Of a DNA stretch of 64,000 nucleotides, positions 14,121 to 27,510 are shown one piece after another. Position 1 is the stretch's first letter. Every line of letters starts with the position of its first letter. Below the pieces are notes generated by a model. The model worked only from the letters and a program-made list of their open reading frames with translations, had not been told where the DNA came from and searched no databases. The stretch comes from Psilocybe cubensis (lineage: Eukaryota), in contig CM039000.1 in NCBI GenBank assembly GCA_017499595.2, positions 1,240,001 to 1,304,000 on the forward strand, in the 5' to 3' direction. The position numbers and the translations under genes were made by a program.

Positions 14121-15417
14121 TCATTTGTGAGTTATTTGTACAGAGTCGGCAGAGGCAAGAGAAGAGTTGACGTCGTTTGTAGTATGTGCGGCCGGTAGAG
14201 ACGTATTCTGTGGAGAGAGGCTTGAACCGAGTTGCACATACATGGATAGAGAAAACCTTACAGATGGTGCGCCAGACCTGGATTCTGAGCGGTTTTCTCT
14301 CACTTGTGTCATGTAAGGGCCTTGACCAGCGTGCCAAGATGCGTTTTCGGGATCTGTTGGGCTCGATGGGAGGTGTTGGCCATTCCTGGATATACGCCGA
14401 CGGTTCTGAAGATAATAATAGAGACCGCCACACAACAGGATCAAGCCCGCCAAACCACCGACTATACCACCTCCCATCGCATTGTCCCGTTTCACTTTAG
14501 CAGGGTCCGGAGAATTGTCGACAGCAGACGCGGACGGAGAAGTAGATATAGGTGTCGAAGACGTCGTAGACAGTTTGGTAGTTGTCGAAAATGCCTTGGT
14601 GGAAGTTGGTGATGGTATGGCTGTGGACTCCGTGAGGTCTGATAAAGCAATTAATATACGATTGTTTAACACCATTATGTAAAGAACGTACTGGCGTCTT
14701 GCCGGGCAAGTGACTGGTCGAAATTGTCGTTTGCCTTTGTGTGTGTTTTGGTGAGACAGATATCCCCGAGTCTTGGCGAAAACATTTACCTTTACATCAA
14801 GATACGCCCACCCTGGAACAGCAACCCCGGAGGGTATGGGCTTGGGGTATCTGAACTACTGTCAGCACACGGTAAGAAACGGCTTCAAGGGTCGGACTTA
14901 CACGCTAATTGACACGGAGGCACAATTGGCGGACCAGACACTCCAACTGCATGATTTAGACGGGATTTAGACTATCGTTCAATGGCACAATGAATTTACT
15001 TACGATAGGTACGTACGCCCCTGGCAGGCGCCGCAAGCACTCATCAGTGAGTAGGTAACTGTATTGCACTGGCAGGGATTAGCATCTTGCAAGGTTGGTC
15101 CAATGTAATGTGATGCGTCTGGTAGTGCATTGACGGGAAAAGCTACGCAGAAAGTCGTTATTTGAGGGCACAAATTAACAGAGAACAGTTACATACGTCC
15201 ATTGTTGCATACTGCTAGAAGAGACGAGGCTACATCACACGGCGTCTGGTTATGAGAATTCAAGGTCTAAAAAGCCGAAGATGAGTGGATCAGTAGGACT
15301 TCAGGTGATAGTCAAACACACCCAGTTATAGAAGGGAAGACATGAAGCATCGGATTGAGCAGAGCTGCAGTGAAGAAGGGTCAAGAGTATAAAGAGTGAT
15401 AAGAGTCGCCACAGCAT
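14121..15417 (-). CDS. Cys-rich-ectodomain single-pass membrane protein, paralog C
   Basis: Signal peptide MLWRLLSLFILLTLLHCSSA; CLPFYNW/..NSHNQTPCDVASSLLAVC/..CQCNTVTYSLMSACGACQGRTYL; Thr/Ser stalk; TM GGGIVGGLAGLILLCGGLYYYL. Confidence 0.75.
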
Positions 15418-16839
15418 CTTCTAGTGGGGAGGAGGAATGGACCGAGCCTGGAGAAAGGGTTGCCATCTTGATCCATGTAAGGATTATAACAGCGCAAGTG
15501 GACAAGGTATGCTCGAAGTAGCCATAAACTTGAAAGATCTGTCTAAGTTTACGCGTGGCAGTTGGCCCTTAAAATGAAGGATTCGTCCCGTCCGGGTGCC
15601 TTCTTTCGAGGTACACTATCAGCGTACGTTATGGGTTCCTGTCAATGAACGGAGGATGCGTGCGATGAGACATGCGATTCAGAGAAATCTATCTCACGGT
15701 TGCAATATGGTGAGAGGAGGAAGTATGATCGGTCTGTCAATAACTCGCAAGTTATGCGGGCTTGCTGTGTGATAGAAGGCAATTTCCACGTACAACTGCA
15801 GCAGAGTCACAGCATAGTAAGTCCGATGTAAAGTCGAAGAAAGCACGGCATCTTCTTCTGCCTTCGATATACAGCCAGATTAGCCAGGGCCAACACATAC
15901 CACTTGCCAGCGCAACACGTATGATCCCTCTCTGATTACACTTTGGGCCATCAGAAATAACATACACATCCCGATACATCCGTATCTTTTCGGGCCAACC
16001 TGTCTGTCAATTTCAAGTCCGCGTGTCAGTCAAACACAGCCGGGTCTCAGGATATCAAAAAACTCAACTGTCAACAGGATTCAACCTCAGCTTAAGCCCT
16101 GCCGGATTAATTTTCAGAACAAGAAGGCTTACATTATACCCGTACCTTCATGATTAACTCTACCTCATAAAGTTATATTGACACGCCAGTCATATTCTGA
16201 AGGGTGTAAAAGTTCGGTATTACAGGCCAAGCGGCAAGGCTAGAATTTATAGCTATCCTGCAAACGGCGACTGAGTCTTCTGCTTGTCATAAGGTTATCG
16301 ATTCCGAATCCGAAGCATCATAGAGTTCTCTTGTGGCAGTGGATACGAGCATAATCAAAGCAAAAGTCGGACAAGGATGTAGTAAAACACGGAAGACGTT
16401 TGGAATGTGCCCAGTTCAAGCTTCAAGCTTCAAGTTCATTGCTCATGCTTAAGTTTTAAACTCCATTCAATCGGAGATTGAATAATCACTGTCACCTTTT
16501 GCGCTGGCTTGCTATGTACTGTAACTCGCTCTTTCAGTTGCAATCCGGGCCCGGGTTAGACCTCATGGAAAATCATTTAACATTGAAATTCAATGTTCCA
16601 TCATTTTATTTACTACTCTGCCAGCTTATCCTGTAGGCGGTCACTCATCCTTTTCAATGAACTCCTGAAGTTTTGATAGTAGGTGACTGCGTCCAGTTCG
16701 GACTTGAAGTCCTGTTGTGAAGAGCGCGAAGAGCTTCCTTAATAGGTCGGACTGGTATATTGAACACGATGTCTGCCCAACAGTATCCAAGATAAGGTAT
16801 GTAGGTCGTTGGAATTCGAATATCCGATATATCGATATT

Positions 16840-18123
16840 TTAAGCATGCAAATGGAAGTTGGGGTCCCCGTTTGCGTCCGTTTCCAGCTCCACCTCTGAG
16901 TTCAGATAACGGGCTTCATCTGGGTCCCTCAATTTACTCCCTTTATTAGTTTCGGCGGGCACGAAGCTTTGCTTATCGACTAATCCGTGCTTTTCTTCGT
17001 CCCTCTCTTCTTGCTTGGCTCGTTGTGATTTTCGGAAGGCCATGTAACGAAGAATGGCCAGTCCCACGATTACCAGGCCGCTGATTGACCCAGTAATAGC
17101 TCCGATCAAGGTTGCAATGTCAACATTGCTTCCCCTGCCACCCCCTGTGGTACTGGAAGAAGTATCTTGTGAGGTAGGTATCATATTATAAGTAATGTTG
17201 CTGTTGCTGATGTTAGTGCCATTGCTAGAATCGGACTTGGGACTGGGTGGGCTCAGTGTTGGCGTGGAAAGTGTTTGCGAATTCGTTTGTGTTGCGTTAA
17301 GGTTGAATGCTACACAGTGCATAGCACACAAGCCTTTAACCTCAAGTTCCAGGTCATTTAGCAATTTTGCTTACTTGCGTTCCGGAAAGCACCACGGATT
17401 GAGAAATAGTCGATTGTCTGTGACCATGTCAAACATTGTCAGAAGGATATTCTTATTGAAAGAAATCAATTCTGCTGAATGGATTGCGCACCGTTACGTC
17501 CATATATGCCCACAATGGTACGTCTAGACCGGGAGGCAGCGGTAGAGGATAACTGAGAACAGTTGAGTGAGAATTCATGTAAACAATAGCGGATACTCAC
17601 TTGTATAACCAGACGCTGACACTGGCATTGTTGCACACATCTACCCAAGTATGCCAGCTAATATATGTCACTTTGAATTGACTGGCAGTGTGGAAAAAGC
17701 TTTGTGCTTACTATAGATACGACTGTCCTTGGCAAATACCGCAGGCGCTCACAAGCGAGTATGTGATAGTGTTGCACAGGCAGGCATTGACTTGAGTCGC
17801 TTGGGTTGGATCATAATAGGCGTCTCCAGATGCGTTACTTGTCAAGGGCTGAAGGGAACCAGCTAAATATGAATGAGTGTGATGCATATTTGTGTGCCCA
17901 CCACTGTGCGTACCCGCAGGGTCACATTCCTTCAACAATGCAGATGCAACGTCGCATGGCGAGTTCTTCTGGTGGTTGTACGACTGATTTCGGATTAGAT
18001 AAATGCAAGCCAAATCTACGCTGTACGTACCCACTCATAGTTTGGTAGGCAGTCTACCGACGCTCGTACGAGGCTGATTGTTGATAGAGTAAGGGAGAGG
18101 ACGGGCAGGAGTCGAAGGAACAT
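16840..18123 (-). CDS. Cys-rich-ectodomain single-pass membrane protein, paralog D
   Basis: Signal peptide MFLRLLPVLSLTLSTISLVRA; CLPNYEW/SYNHQKNSPCDVASALLKEC/..CLCNTITYSLVSACGICQGQSYL; TM LIGAITGSISGLVIVGLAIL; ends NFHLHA*. Confidence 0.75.
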
Positions 18124-19185
18124 CTAGAAGAGGAGACACCAGCAAAAGCTGATCATCAAGCATGTCCTTCCCATTAAAAGGCTTTAGTATGCCGTAAAGT
18201 AGCCTGCCTTGTGAGCAATTTCCCATCACCATGAGGAAAGCTGTGTTCATCATGTATTTGTATATGTGCAGCACTTTGTCACCACCGCCAATCGATTGAA
18301 TAACAGCGTGTCATCAGTGATCCAGTCGCACACACATCCTGACCTACTACCATGGTCCGCAAGCATGTGTAGCACCAACTCAGCCAGTAACTCGCATCTC
18401 CCATGCAGTATACTTGTTGGAACTGGCTAGTACTGAATTCCCCGACAATTTGTTTCTAAGTCCACCTGATTATGCGTTTAAGATTGACCATTAGTATTGC
18501 ATAGTTATCTGTAACATTTATTGCCTATTTATGCTATCTCAGTATGAAAAGTTGGGTGGCCCTCCTCGCTGTCGAGGCGGTTAGCGATTAGGCGCCTTGC
18601 GCGCTCCCGGCCTTCCAGCAACAACGTCCGTGTAAGATTGTGATGAGGAGAGCTTGTGCATAGTTGTACAGCATAGTATACTTGGTGTTTAGCAGCAACG
18701 ACTTTAAGGAGGTCTTTGGGAATCTTGGAGACGCGTAGCCGCCAGCGTCTATAACGTTGCACAATCAGTTCCATACAGGATAGTATCCCCTGATAATAAT
18801 GATAAACGAAAAAAGGAAAGAAAGGGAAGAAAGAAAGTGTAACTTGCATTAAGGAAAAACTTCTCTTTCGAACTGGCCATTTTCTTGAGTCTGTCGCTGG
18901 GTAAGCGCTCGTTCAACAGCGTTGCTATGTGGAGTGGCGCCGGGTTGCTATAAATAGATTCGGTCGTCGGTGCGGCAGCCGCCATTAGGAGGAATCGGCT
19001 ATTAGTAGTACGGTGGGAGTGACGTTCAAATACAAAATTCAGCGACGATGCATTTTGCAGATGCAGTGATAATGAGTCAATGAGTCAGTACCAGCAGCTT
19101 TGAATGTTATATTTTCTAACATATGCTAAAAAAACTCAAAAAAACTCAAAGAAACATAAATCTGGGTAACAACTTATAGGAAACG

Positions 19186-20433
19186 CTATGTGTGGAAATG
19201 GAAATTAGCTTCTCCTTTGATATCCATTTCAATTTCCGAGTCCCATTCATCTTCCTGCGCTTCTTTCTTGAAGCGTTTTGAACCTTTTGACTGAACAAAT
19301 GTGGGGGTTGGAGATACGAGACCATGGTTCTCTTCATCACGAAGGCTCTCCTTCTCCTTTCGCTTCTTTCGAAATGCTAGATATCGCAAAACCGACAAAG
19401 TTACAATCACCAGGCCAGTTACGGCACCAGTGATAGCGCCTATGAGTGCGCCTATGTCTGTTTTTGACCCTTTATCGGAATCGGAGGATGCTGGCGCCAT
19501 ATTGTAGGTAACATTACTATTGGTAATGCTAGTTCCAACAGTCGAATCTGGGGCCGCTGTGGTTGGTAGTGCATTAGACGGGGTAGAAAATGTCTGTGTT
19601 TGTGTTCCACTTGATTTTCCGCTTGCCGCTACACAGACAGTAAGATCTTAAATCTAGTATGATACTTTGAAAGTCGAAGGCTTACTGGCATTATAAAAAG
19701 CTTCATCAACATGGAAAAAATCGGTTGTCTGCAATGAACTAATTCGTAAGAGTTACTAGAATATCGTATTAATCAAATTCAGACCGTGACATCCATATAC
19801 GCCCAACGAGGTACATCGAGGCCTGGTGGAATGGGTTCAGGATAGCTGTTAACTTGGTCGTTATGAAGCAGAATAGCTGGAAAAAATCTTCAACGTACTT
19901 ATACAACCAGACCCCCGTTCCAGCGCTAGTGCAAGCATCTACCCATTGGTGCCAGCTGAAAGCAAGATTTTAACTCAGCAGCGGCAAGAGTATATCATAG
20001 CGATGAGCTCACAAAAGATAGGTCTGGCCCTGACACAATCCGCAAGCGCTTACGAGAGAATATGTTATAGTATTACACATACAAGGGGTAGCTCTTGCGC
20101 GATAAGGATCATAATACGATTGACCCTGGGGATTATTAGGCAACGGCACTAGTGATCCTGTTTGCAGAAAACATCTGTTGAAAAGGATCCGGCGCATCTT
20201 GAAGGTCTGAATATATACCATCAGCAACACACTCCGATAAAAGGGCGGATGCAACGTCGCAAGGGGACTGATTTTGGGTGTTGTATGACTGATAGCAATT
20301 CAGTTTCGTGAAATAAACGAACAGAAGAGTATATAATGCGCACCCATAGGTATGTGTTCAGACACTGAACACTGGCCTGCGAAAAACCAACTTTTAATAT
20401 GAGAGAGGTGACAATAAGAACCGGGGAAAACAT
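19186..20433 (-). CDS. Cys-rich-ectodomain single-pass membrane protein, paralog E
   Basis: Signal peptide MFSPVLIVTSLILKVGFSQA; CLNTYLW/SYNTQNQSPCDVASALLSEC/..CMCNTITYSLVSACGLCQGQTYL; TM LIGAITGAVTGLVIVTLSVL; ends NFHFHT*. Confidence 0.75.
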
Positions 20434-20920
20434 AATTGAAAGATCAACAAAAACTTCGGCGGAAGACTATATATTGAAAGTTTTTGCTTCACACATGATC
20501 ATTGTCATGTCAGGTATTATGAATTGGAGACGACTTGTTGGTATAGGATTGCATAGCCGGTGACAGTAATAAACCTAGACGCCCATTCTCCGCAGCCAAA
20601 AAGATGGGAACGGATATGCGGAACTTTAATGATGAATGAAACGAGGTGTAAAGTTTAAACCATCCGCATCTGGATATCTCACGAGCGCTGTTGCACTGCC
20701 ATGATACCCAGCCATGCAGATGAGTACGTAACTATTAGTAGGATTGGCTATGAGCCGTTGAATGTGGATCAAAGGACGAACAGCCAACCTCGATTGAGAG
20801 AAGACTTGTTGAAAGGAACACTAATTTTGTTGTATGGCAATTGTCAATAATATTTGTATGCGATTTCATAAGCGTAGACCTAGAAGTGCGCCCCAAGTCG
20901 CAACGGTATTATACGATGAT

Positions 20921-21907
20921 TTACTCCCCAAAAGCATGGCGCATAAATATCCTCTTGTGTAATTTCGAGCCAGCCTCTTCGATAGCTTGAATTTCATCCG
21001 GTGTTAGATCAGGAATATTCACCGAGTCCAGGTATTCTTCAAGACGCGATAACTTGGAGGTAGTGCTGAAAAAAGTGTCAGCTAGTGATCGTTTCAATTA
21101 AAAATAGATGGCTAACGTGATGACTATGACGTCTTTCTGCAGCAACCATTTGCTCAAAATTTGCCCGGCAGTGACAGGTTTACCGCGCGTTGTTTCCAAC
21201 CGCTCACGAATTTGAGCGAGAATTGGACTAAGAGGGCCGTCTGGGACACGAGCTACTGGTGTTTGTCCTCCATATGACTGAATGGCAATACCCTTGGATT
21301 GACAAAATTCCACTGTCGGTTTCGCGGCTTTCCAAACATAGGGGTGAAGTTCGATCTAATTAACAAAAGGTATTATCAGCCAATTCGTCCACGTCTGTCG
21401 ACTAGCTGGACGAACCTGGTTGACTGCGGGCACAATCTTTCCATGGTCAAGTATCGTCTTGATATCCTCCACTTGGAAGTTCGATATTCCTATTGCTTTG
21501 GCCAATCCCAGATTGTAAACTTCCTCCATCCCTTCCCACACCTGCACAAGGTTTCCCTGCTTTGTTGCTGGAGTAGGGTCATGAACAAGGAAAAGATCCA
21601 CGTATTCCATATTAAGTTTGGATAGCGAGGTCTTCAAAGACTGGGTGATTGTCTCTCCAGGAGCGAGCGTAGGTAAGTTTAGTTTCGTTGTAACAAACAA
21701 CTCTGAGCGCGGCTTCCCAGAGTTTGCAATACCTCGACCAAGACTTTCTTCGTTTTGGTACATCTGAGCACCATCGAGGTGACTGACACCATTATCTATG
21801 GCAAGCTTGACAAGGTCGGCTGCATCTTTTGTGTAGAGGGCAGTGCCCGTGCCGAAGCCTATCCAAGGGACGCTTGCACCAGTGTTGAGCTTGAAGACTT
21901 TGGACAT
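20921..21907 (-). CDS. Aldo-keto reductase
   Basis: MSKVFKLNTGASVPWIGFGTGT...HLDGAQMYQNE...ELFVTTKL...YVDLFLVHDP...AKAIGISNF...PAVNQ/IELHPY. Catalytic D, Y, K and H are present. Confidence 0.92.
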
Positions 21908-23464
21908 TATTGGGAGTGGGGTACAGGAGAAAGTTGAGATAAGGAGAGAAAAATCACAAGAGGGGATTTTATATTTATCCAGCAATGTCGTCAAGCTGAG
22001 CGCAGATTTCGAAATTAGAAAGCAAGACAACAGGAGAACTAGTGCGGGTAGAAGAAATCTGGGCAAGGTCATGCCGGGAAGCTGGATGATCGACTGTTGA
22101 TCATGAGTGCGCTTCCAGATATAAAAGTCACCACAAGAATTTTAGTCATGCTGGACATAGTTGATGAATAACCTATTTTCAAGCCCACGTTTCCACGCTG
22201 GTCAACTTCCACGACATCGAACTACCGGCCCTAAACATGGTTTATATGCTCTTCCAACAACTAATCGCACGATCTTCATCTTTTAACAAACACAGGTTAC
22301 CTTATATCCTGACACGTTAGGCCCACCTATTCCAATGGTTGGTCTTTCATGTGGGGCACCTTAGACTAAATGGCTTGCTTTAAAGGCTGATCATCTTGGT
22401 TTCGACCCCAGTGGATGTAGTCAGTCACCGAGTGGACCAACATCATCCGATACCAGGATTTGTATTCATTATAAATAGCTGTCAGCTCGCAATAGTCACT
22501 TGTTGTTCTATCAATAATCGTTCAGCTATGTGTTGGAATTTTGATCATCTTCCTTGTATCTTGTCGAGGCTTTCCTTGCTCAGGTACGCATGGAGGTGCA
22601 ATTCCGCTTCAGATTCGACATTCTTCTGTCCTATGTGATTATAAGCACTCCAAGTAGCCTGTTATGTTAATTTGGCGGGCGGCTTCATTCGGTGTCATAA
22701 AGAGATTCTGTAGGGGAAGTCAGGTCAATATGGGTTGCTCGCGCACGAAAGGTGGAGTACCCTTGAGCGCTGAGCTTGAATATTTTAAACTCAGAAAGCA
22801 CGGCTTCCCACGCCTGGTCCCGATGGTTCGGTGTGTTCCCTGCCAGTGCAGCCGTGATTACCATCCCGACCAACGAACAGCGCCTTTAGTGCAACATACT
22901 TCAAACTCTCTACTTGTCAAAATCACTATCAAAAACCGACTACGCTGTTTCTCTTCTTTGGCTGTGCTGAGAATAAAGCTGCAATGCCAATAACAAATCC
23001 AACTCGATAGCCCGACCTCGGGACGGAACAGGAACATACACCTCCCGTTCGATTCCCATTAATCTGTGATAATACAAACCAAACAGTCTTTCTTTCGACC
23101 TTGCCAGGAGTCAAATATAGGATGCAATAATGGCAACTTGATGCTTACCAACAAACTATGGTTCTACAAGTTGTAACTTGTCTGACATACTGTTGGAAGG
23201 TTATTGATGCTCGGTCATCTGCTCTTGGGAAAAGCTATGCCATTCCAAGTACTTCTGTACTTTTTGACCCAAGAGTCGTTCTAAGTCGATGGTTCGGCAA
23301 GCTAGAAATATACCCCGTAAGTCAAATTCGGGCTGTGCTGGACCCTGACAGCGTTCATATAATTAGAGGCAGTAGGGGTTGGGAACCCACCCTCTACTTG
23401 CAGGATACAAGTTATCCTTTGTCTATAACCTTCCCAACCGCTCAATTTGTTCTTGAAACTGATT

Positions 23465-25603
23465 ATGGCCTCAACATTTGGCGACAATAGCACTGTACTT
23501 GGCGACAGGAAACTCCATGATGAAATAATGATCGCCAAAGGGGAATATTCTCCCGACTCGAAAGCAGAAGCAGTTTCCGGCAAGCCTCACGCAAGCGCCT
23601 TTACAACAGTCGACTATACTGTAGAAGAGCGCCCATTTTTTATACCCATTCGAAAGGATGGTGTCATAGCTGCGTTGGAAAAGCTTGACCAACAACTTCA
23701 AAATGTTGGTTTCTCTGAGACTTTCGTCCATGCCTCTATTCATTACCTCCTATATAACAGGCCGGAAGGACGCGATTGTTCTCAAAAAAGGTTCCTACGG
23801 ACTGGACAGGCAAGGAAGTAGTGCCTGGTCAATTAGGACTCATCAATCATGGGTAATCAATCTCATTAGATTAAACTCGCCACAGACTTACACATTTCTT
23901 GCTTCATAGTGGTTCTCCCAAAGTCCTCACGAAGCCAGGTCGTTATCCCGGATTCCCACTGCGAAATTGGTGGGCGCGTTCATGGTGCGGAACTCAGGGA
24001 TGTGAGTAACGATTTGACGCAATTGATGACATAGCAACGTAACTGACACTTTGTGTTCTGAATCTAGTATCCGACACAGTCATCGAATTTCACGGACTCA
24101 CAGTCGTCCAAGTTTCCCAGAATCAAGCTGCTGTCGTCTCCGACCCGCAAAACCATGTATTCGTGATAAAGAACGGCGGATTTGTCGCGTATGCGATTGA
24201 AGGAACTTACGATGTTCTCTCTATTGTCGATCAGACACATTTACCAACTATCATTAAGGATAAGTTGACAGGCGTTGTCCTTGGATCTACCCATGAAGTC
24301 AAGATGAACAGCAAGGTGTCCGGCGGACAGCAAAAGGAATATGTTGTCGCCACCTTGTAAGCACTATCTTGGTTTTAATCCCAAAAAGGACACACTTAAT
24401 CCTTTCTCGTGTCTATAGTTTGAATATTCCCGCCAGCAACTGTGCTATTCTTCAGCGCGGGGACGATCTTGAGCTTCTAGGGGCTGGTCAATCTGTTATC
24501 ACCAATCCTAGTGTCACTCTACGCGGTTTGTACACATTAGGAGAGAATCAATTGGAAATGCCCACCAAAGACATGTAAGCTGTCCCTCGACCAATTGTTT
24601 TGCAGTATGTTACTCATCCATATATAGATTTACGCGCGACCAAGTACCGGTCAGCTTGACCATTTACCTGAAATGGCAGTTGACAGAGCCACTTAAATTG
24701 ACAACCCATGGATACAATACTCCATACGATGCTCTAAGGGACAAAACCCAGTCGATTTTGACGCAAATCGTAGCACATCTCGATTATTCGTCTATGGTCA
24801 AACAACGATCATTGGGCCCTGACAATATGGACGATGGATCGGACCCATCATCTGCTTTCCTCGACGCATTGCGAACCCGGGCGATGGATGACATGCACGA
24901 AGCAGCGCTGGAATACGGCATTATTCTTAAGGATCTTGGTTAGTACATTTTCAAAGTGGACCTAGAACGCCTTTTCACTCTGTCTATATCCAGCTGTCAT
25001 TGATCGACAGTTCAAGGGTGAAATTGCTGCGACTATGGATAAACTTACCAGTGAGCATTTTAATTCCACAATACGCTTTCAGGTAATTAATGTTTCCCCT
25101 TTAGCACGTGCATTACAAGCACAGGTCGAGGCCGCCGTAAGTTATTTCATTTCTCAAATTGAAAACAAAGTTCTGAGCAAGATCCATAGAACGTAGACAG
25201 GGAAAATAGCAACAAGGTCAAGCAGGAAGAGGGAGCTTTGTCAGTCACGAGGATTAAAGCACAAGCAGCCAACGCGCAAGCTGACGCCGAAGCATACCGA
25301 GTCATTGCGGCTGCCAAAGCTCAAGCACAGAAGGTTCGAATTGAAGCGGAAGCGCAGGCCGAAGCGACGCGTATGGCTGCTGAGGCCGAAGCAGAAGCTA
25401 TCCGCCTCAAGGCTAAAGCTGACGCAGAGGTCATTGATCAGTTTGCCCGAGAAATGGAGTTACGACGTATTGAAGTGGCCAGGGTGCAGGCCTTTGGTTC
25501 GAGGGCCGTATTTGTGCCCAGTGAAAGTGCTGGTTCACAGATGGGTAATGCAATGGCACTAGGGATGGCCGCATCGATGGGTGCGAATGCGATCAAAAAA
25601 TAG
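23465..25603 (+). CDS. SPFH/band-7 (stomatin-like) domain protein with N-terminal extension, multi-exon
   Basis: EMPTKD/IFTRDQVPVSLTIYLKWQLTEP...ALRDKTQSILTQIVAHLDY...EYGIILKDL/AVIDRQF, then an Ala/Glu-rich coiled coil (AEAQAEATRMAAEAEAEAIRLKA). Start codon is tentative. Confidence 0.75.
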
Positions 25604-26060
25604 CGAGTCCATCTGAGTAACTGGTCCTTTGCCTTTTGTTCCCTATCTGCGTCATCTCCGTTTCTGTATTCATCATGTTTACCCCTCTGACTCGTTAGTC
25701 ACTATGACAGTCGAATACCCGCATATACCAATTATTTAACAAAGTTCACGTAGCGTTATTATACCTGTTTCATACATAAAGAGAAGGCTCTTTGTCGCTG
25801 CCGTGCCAGCAAACGTGTTTGAAATAAAGGAGTCAAAAGATGTCAAAGAGGAGTCAAGGGCAGTCAATGAGCACAGATTGCCATAATGGGCGAGTGTGAA
25901 GCGAAGCTGTGTGTTTGTTGATGGTTGTTATTCGAGTCACTCGAGGACTGCGCGTGTCTTGTACAGTTCCATTACAACACTTGACTATAAACCACGACCG
26001 TCTAACCTTATCGTGCCCAACTCTTGAATCAAACCCGGATCACCCCAACCACTCTCCACT

Positions 26061-26706
26061 ATGAGGTCGAAATTCAAGGATGAGCACCCCTTTGGTCAGT
26101 TTCTCTGTTGATGGTTGAAGCTCTCCCCTGACGATACATTACTGCACTTTCTAGAGAAGCGCAAAGCTGAAGCTGAGCGCATCCGGCAGAAGTATCCGGA
26201 TAGGATTCCTGTGGGTGTAACTGCACCATAAGCGACTCTGTACTGAATGTGTCTCTTGTTCTGTGTTCCAATCGATAGGTGATCTGCGAGAAGGCAGATC
26301 GCACGGACATCCCCACAATTGACAAGAAGAAGTATTTGGTGCCTTCTGTGCGTCCTCGTAGCTTTTCTGGCGCTTTCCCTGTGAACGTACACTAATATGT
26401 TTTGCCTTGCTATCCCAGGATCTGACTGTGGGCCAGTTCGTGTATGTCATTCGGAAACGAATCAAGCTCGCGCCAGAGAAGGCGATCTTCATTTTCGTCG
26501 ACGAGGTTCTTCCACCTACGGCGGCTCTTATGAGCGCTATCTATGAGGAGCATAAGTGAGTCATTCACTGCTATCTTCCCTTTTGTTCTATTTCTGACGT
26601 CATTGCTATTCGACTTAGGGACGAGGACAACTTCCTGTATGTGAGCTACTCGGGTGAGAATACCTTCGGACAGCAAGGTTGGGTCGAACTGCCACTGGAC
26701 GCCTAA
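26061..26706 (+). CDS. ATG8: Autophagy ubiquitin-like protein Atg8
   Basis: [116 protein letters not shown] plus a short tail. Confidence 0.98.
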
Positions 26707-27510
26707 GCGGTTGAATACATTCTTTTCTCGTTTGATGGCGTGTTTGGATTCGACGGACCATATACTTAGAGAAGGGGAGGAAAGCATTTGTGCGTTCAGA
26801 TATTTATTATCTTCCTCGACCACCTCCTACCTCGAGGCTACCCCCCTTGTCTCGCTCGTCACATACCCCTCTCCGCGAACCACCCTGCTCCTTGGTTTCT
26901 AATTTTTCGCTCCTGTGTATACTATTTTCACTATCAAATTCAATATATCGCATGAAGTTGTATCATTTAATGTTAATTACTTTCGAACAAAGCCCGGATC
27001 TTCCGATATTCTGCCTTTTAGTATGTACTTCCAGGCACCTGATTTCTTTGGATGTCGGAACACAGACTGACAAACACTTTGGCTGAAAATAGGTCCTGAC
27101 GTTGATTAAATCACCCTTTGTGCATCGTTCATTATAAATGAAGAGCTCTTTCTGTGCCGGATCTCTTCTTTGTCTGGGAACACAGCTTGACTGGGTGTGG
27201 GAAACGTTCCACCAGAGGATTGTTCTTGAATTCTTAACATTCGGTGGCTATTTTGTGTTCTTTGACAATGTATGGTTGGTTTGTGGTGAACTTGAAGTTA
27301 AACGCCGACTATATACCTTTGGCCAGTGCTACAAAAAATTCTCGACGATTCTCCTTCTCTTCAAGCAGTATTCTGGCTCTAATTCTTATTCGCCCATCCT
27401 GGTGTTCTTGAGGACTTTAAGAGGTATCAAAGAAAGTTTTCTGGAAAAGATTTCTATTTACCAATTTCTCAATCGACATTGTTTTCTTTGGTAAAAGGTA
27501 CTGTCACGCT

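Noticed and set aside
18529-18985. Small gene between paralogs D and E (MAAAAPTTESIY...)
   Set aside because: Could not build a convincing spliced model or recognise a domain.
22664-23460. Short ORFs between the AKR and SPFH genes
   Set aside because: No consistent exon chain or recognisable motif; possibly decayed fragments.
26074-26823. Minus-strand ORFs over ATG8, and similar antisense ORFs over other genes
   Set aside because: Shadow ORFs of conserved genes on the opposite strand.
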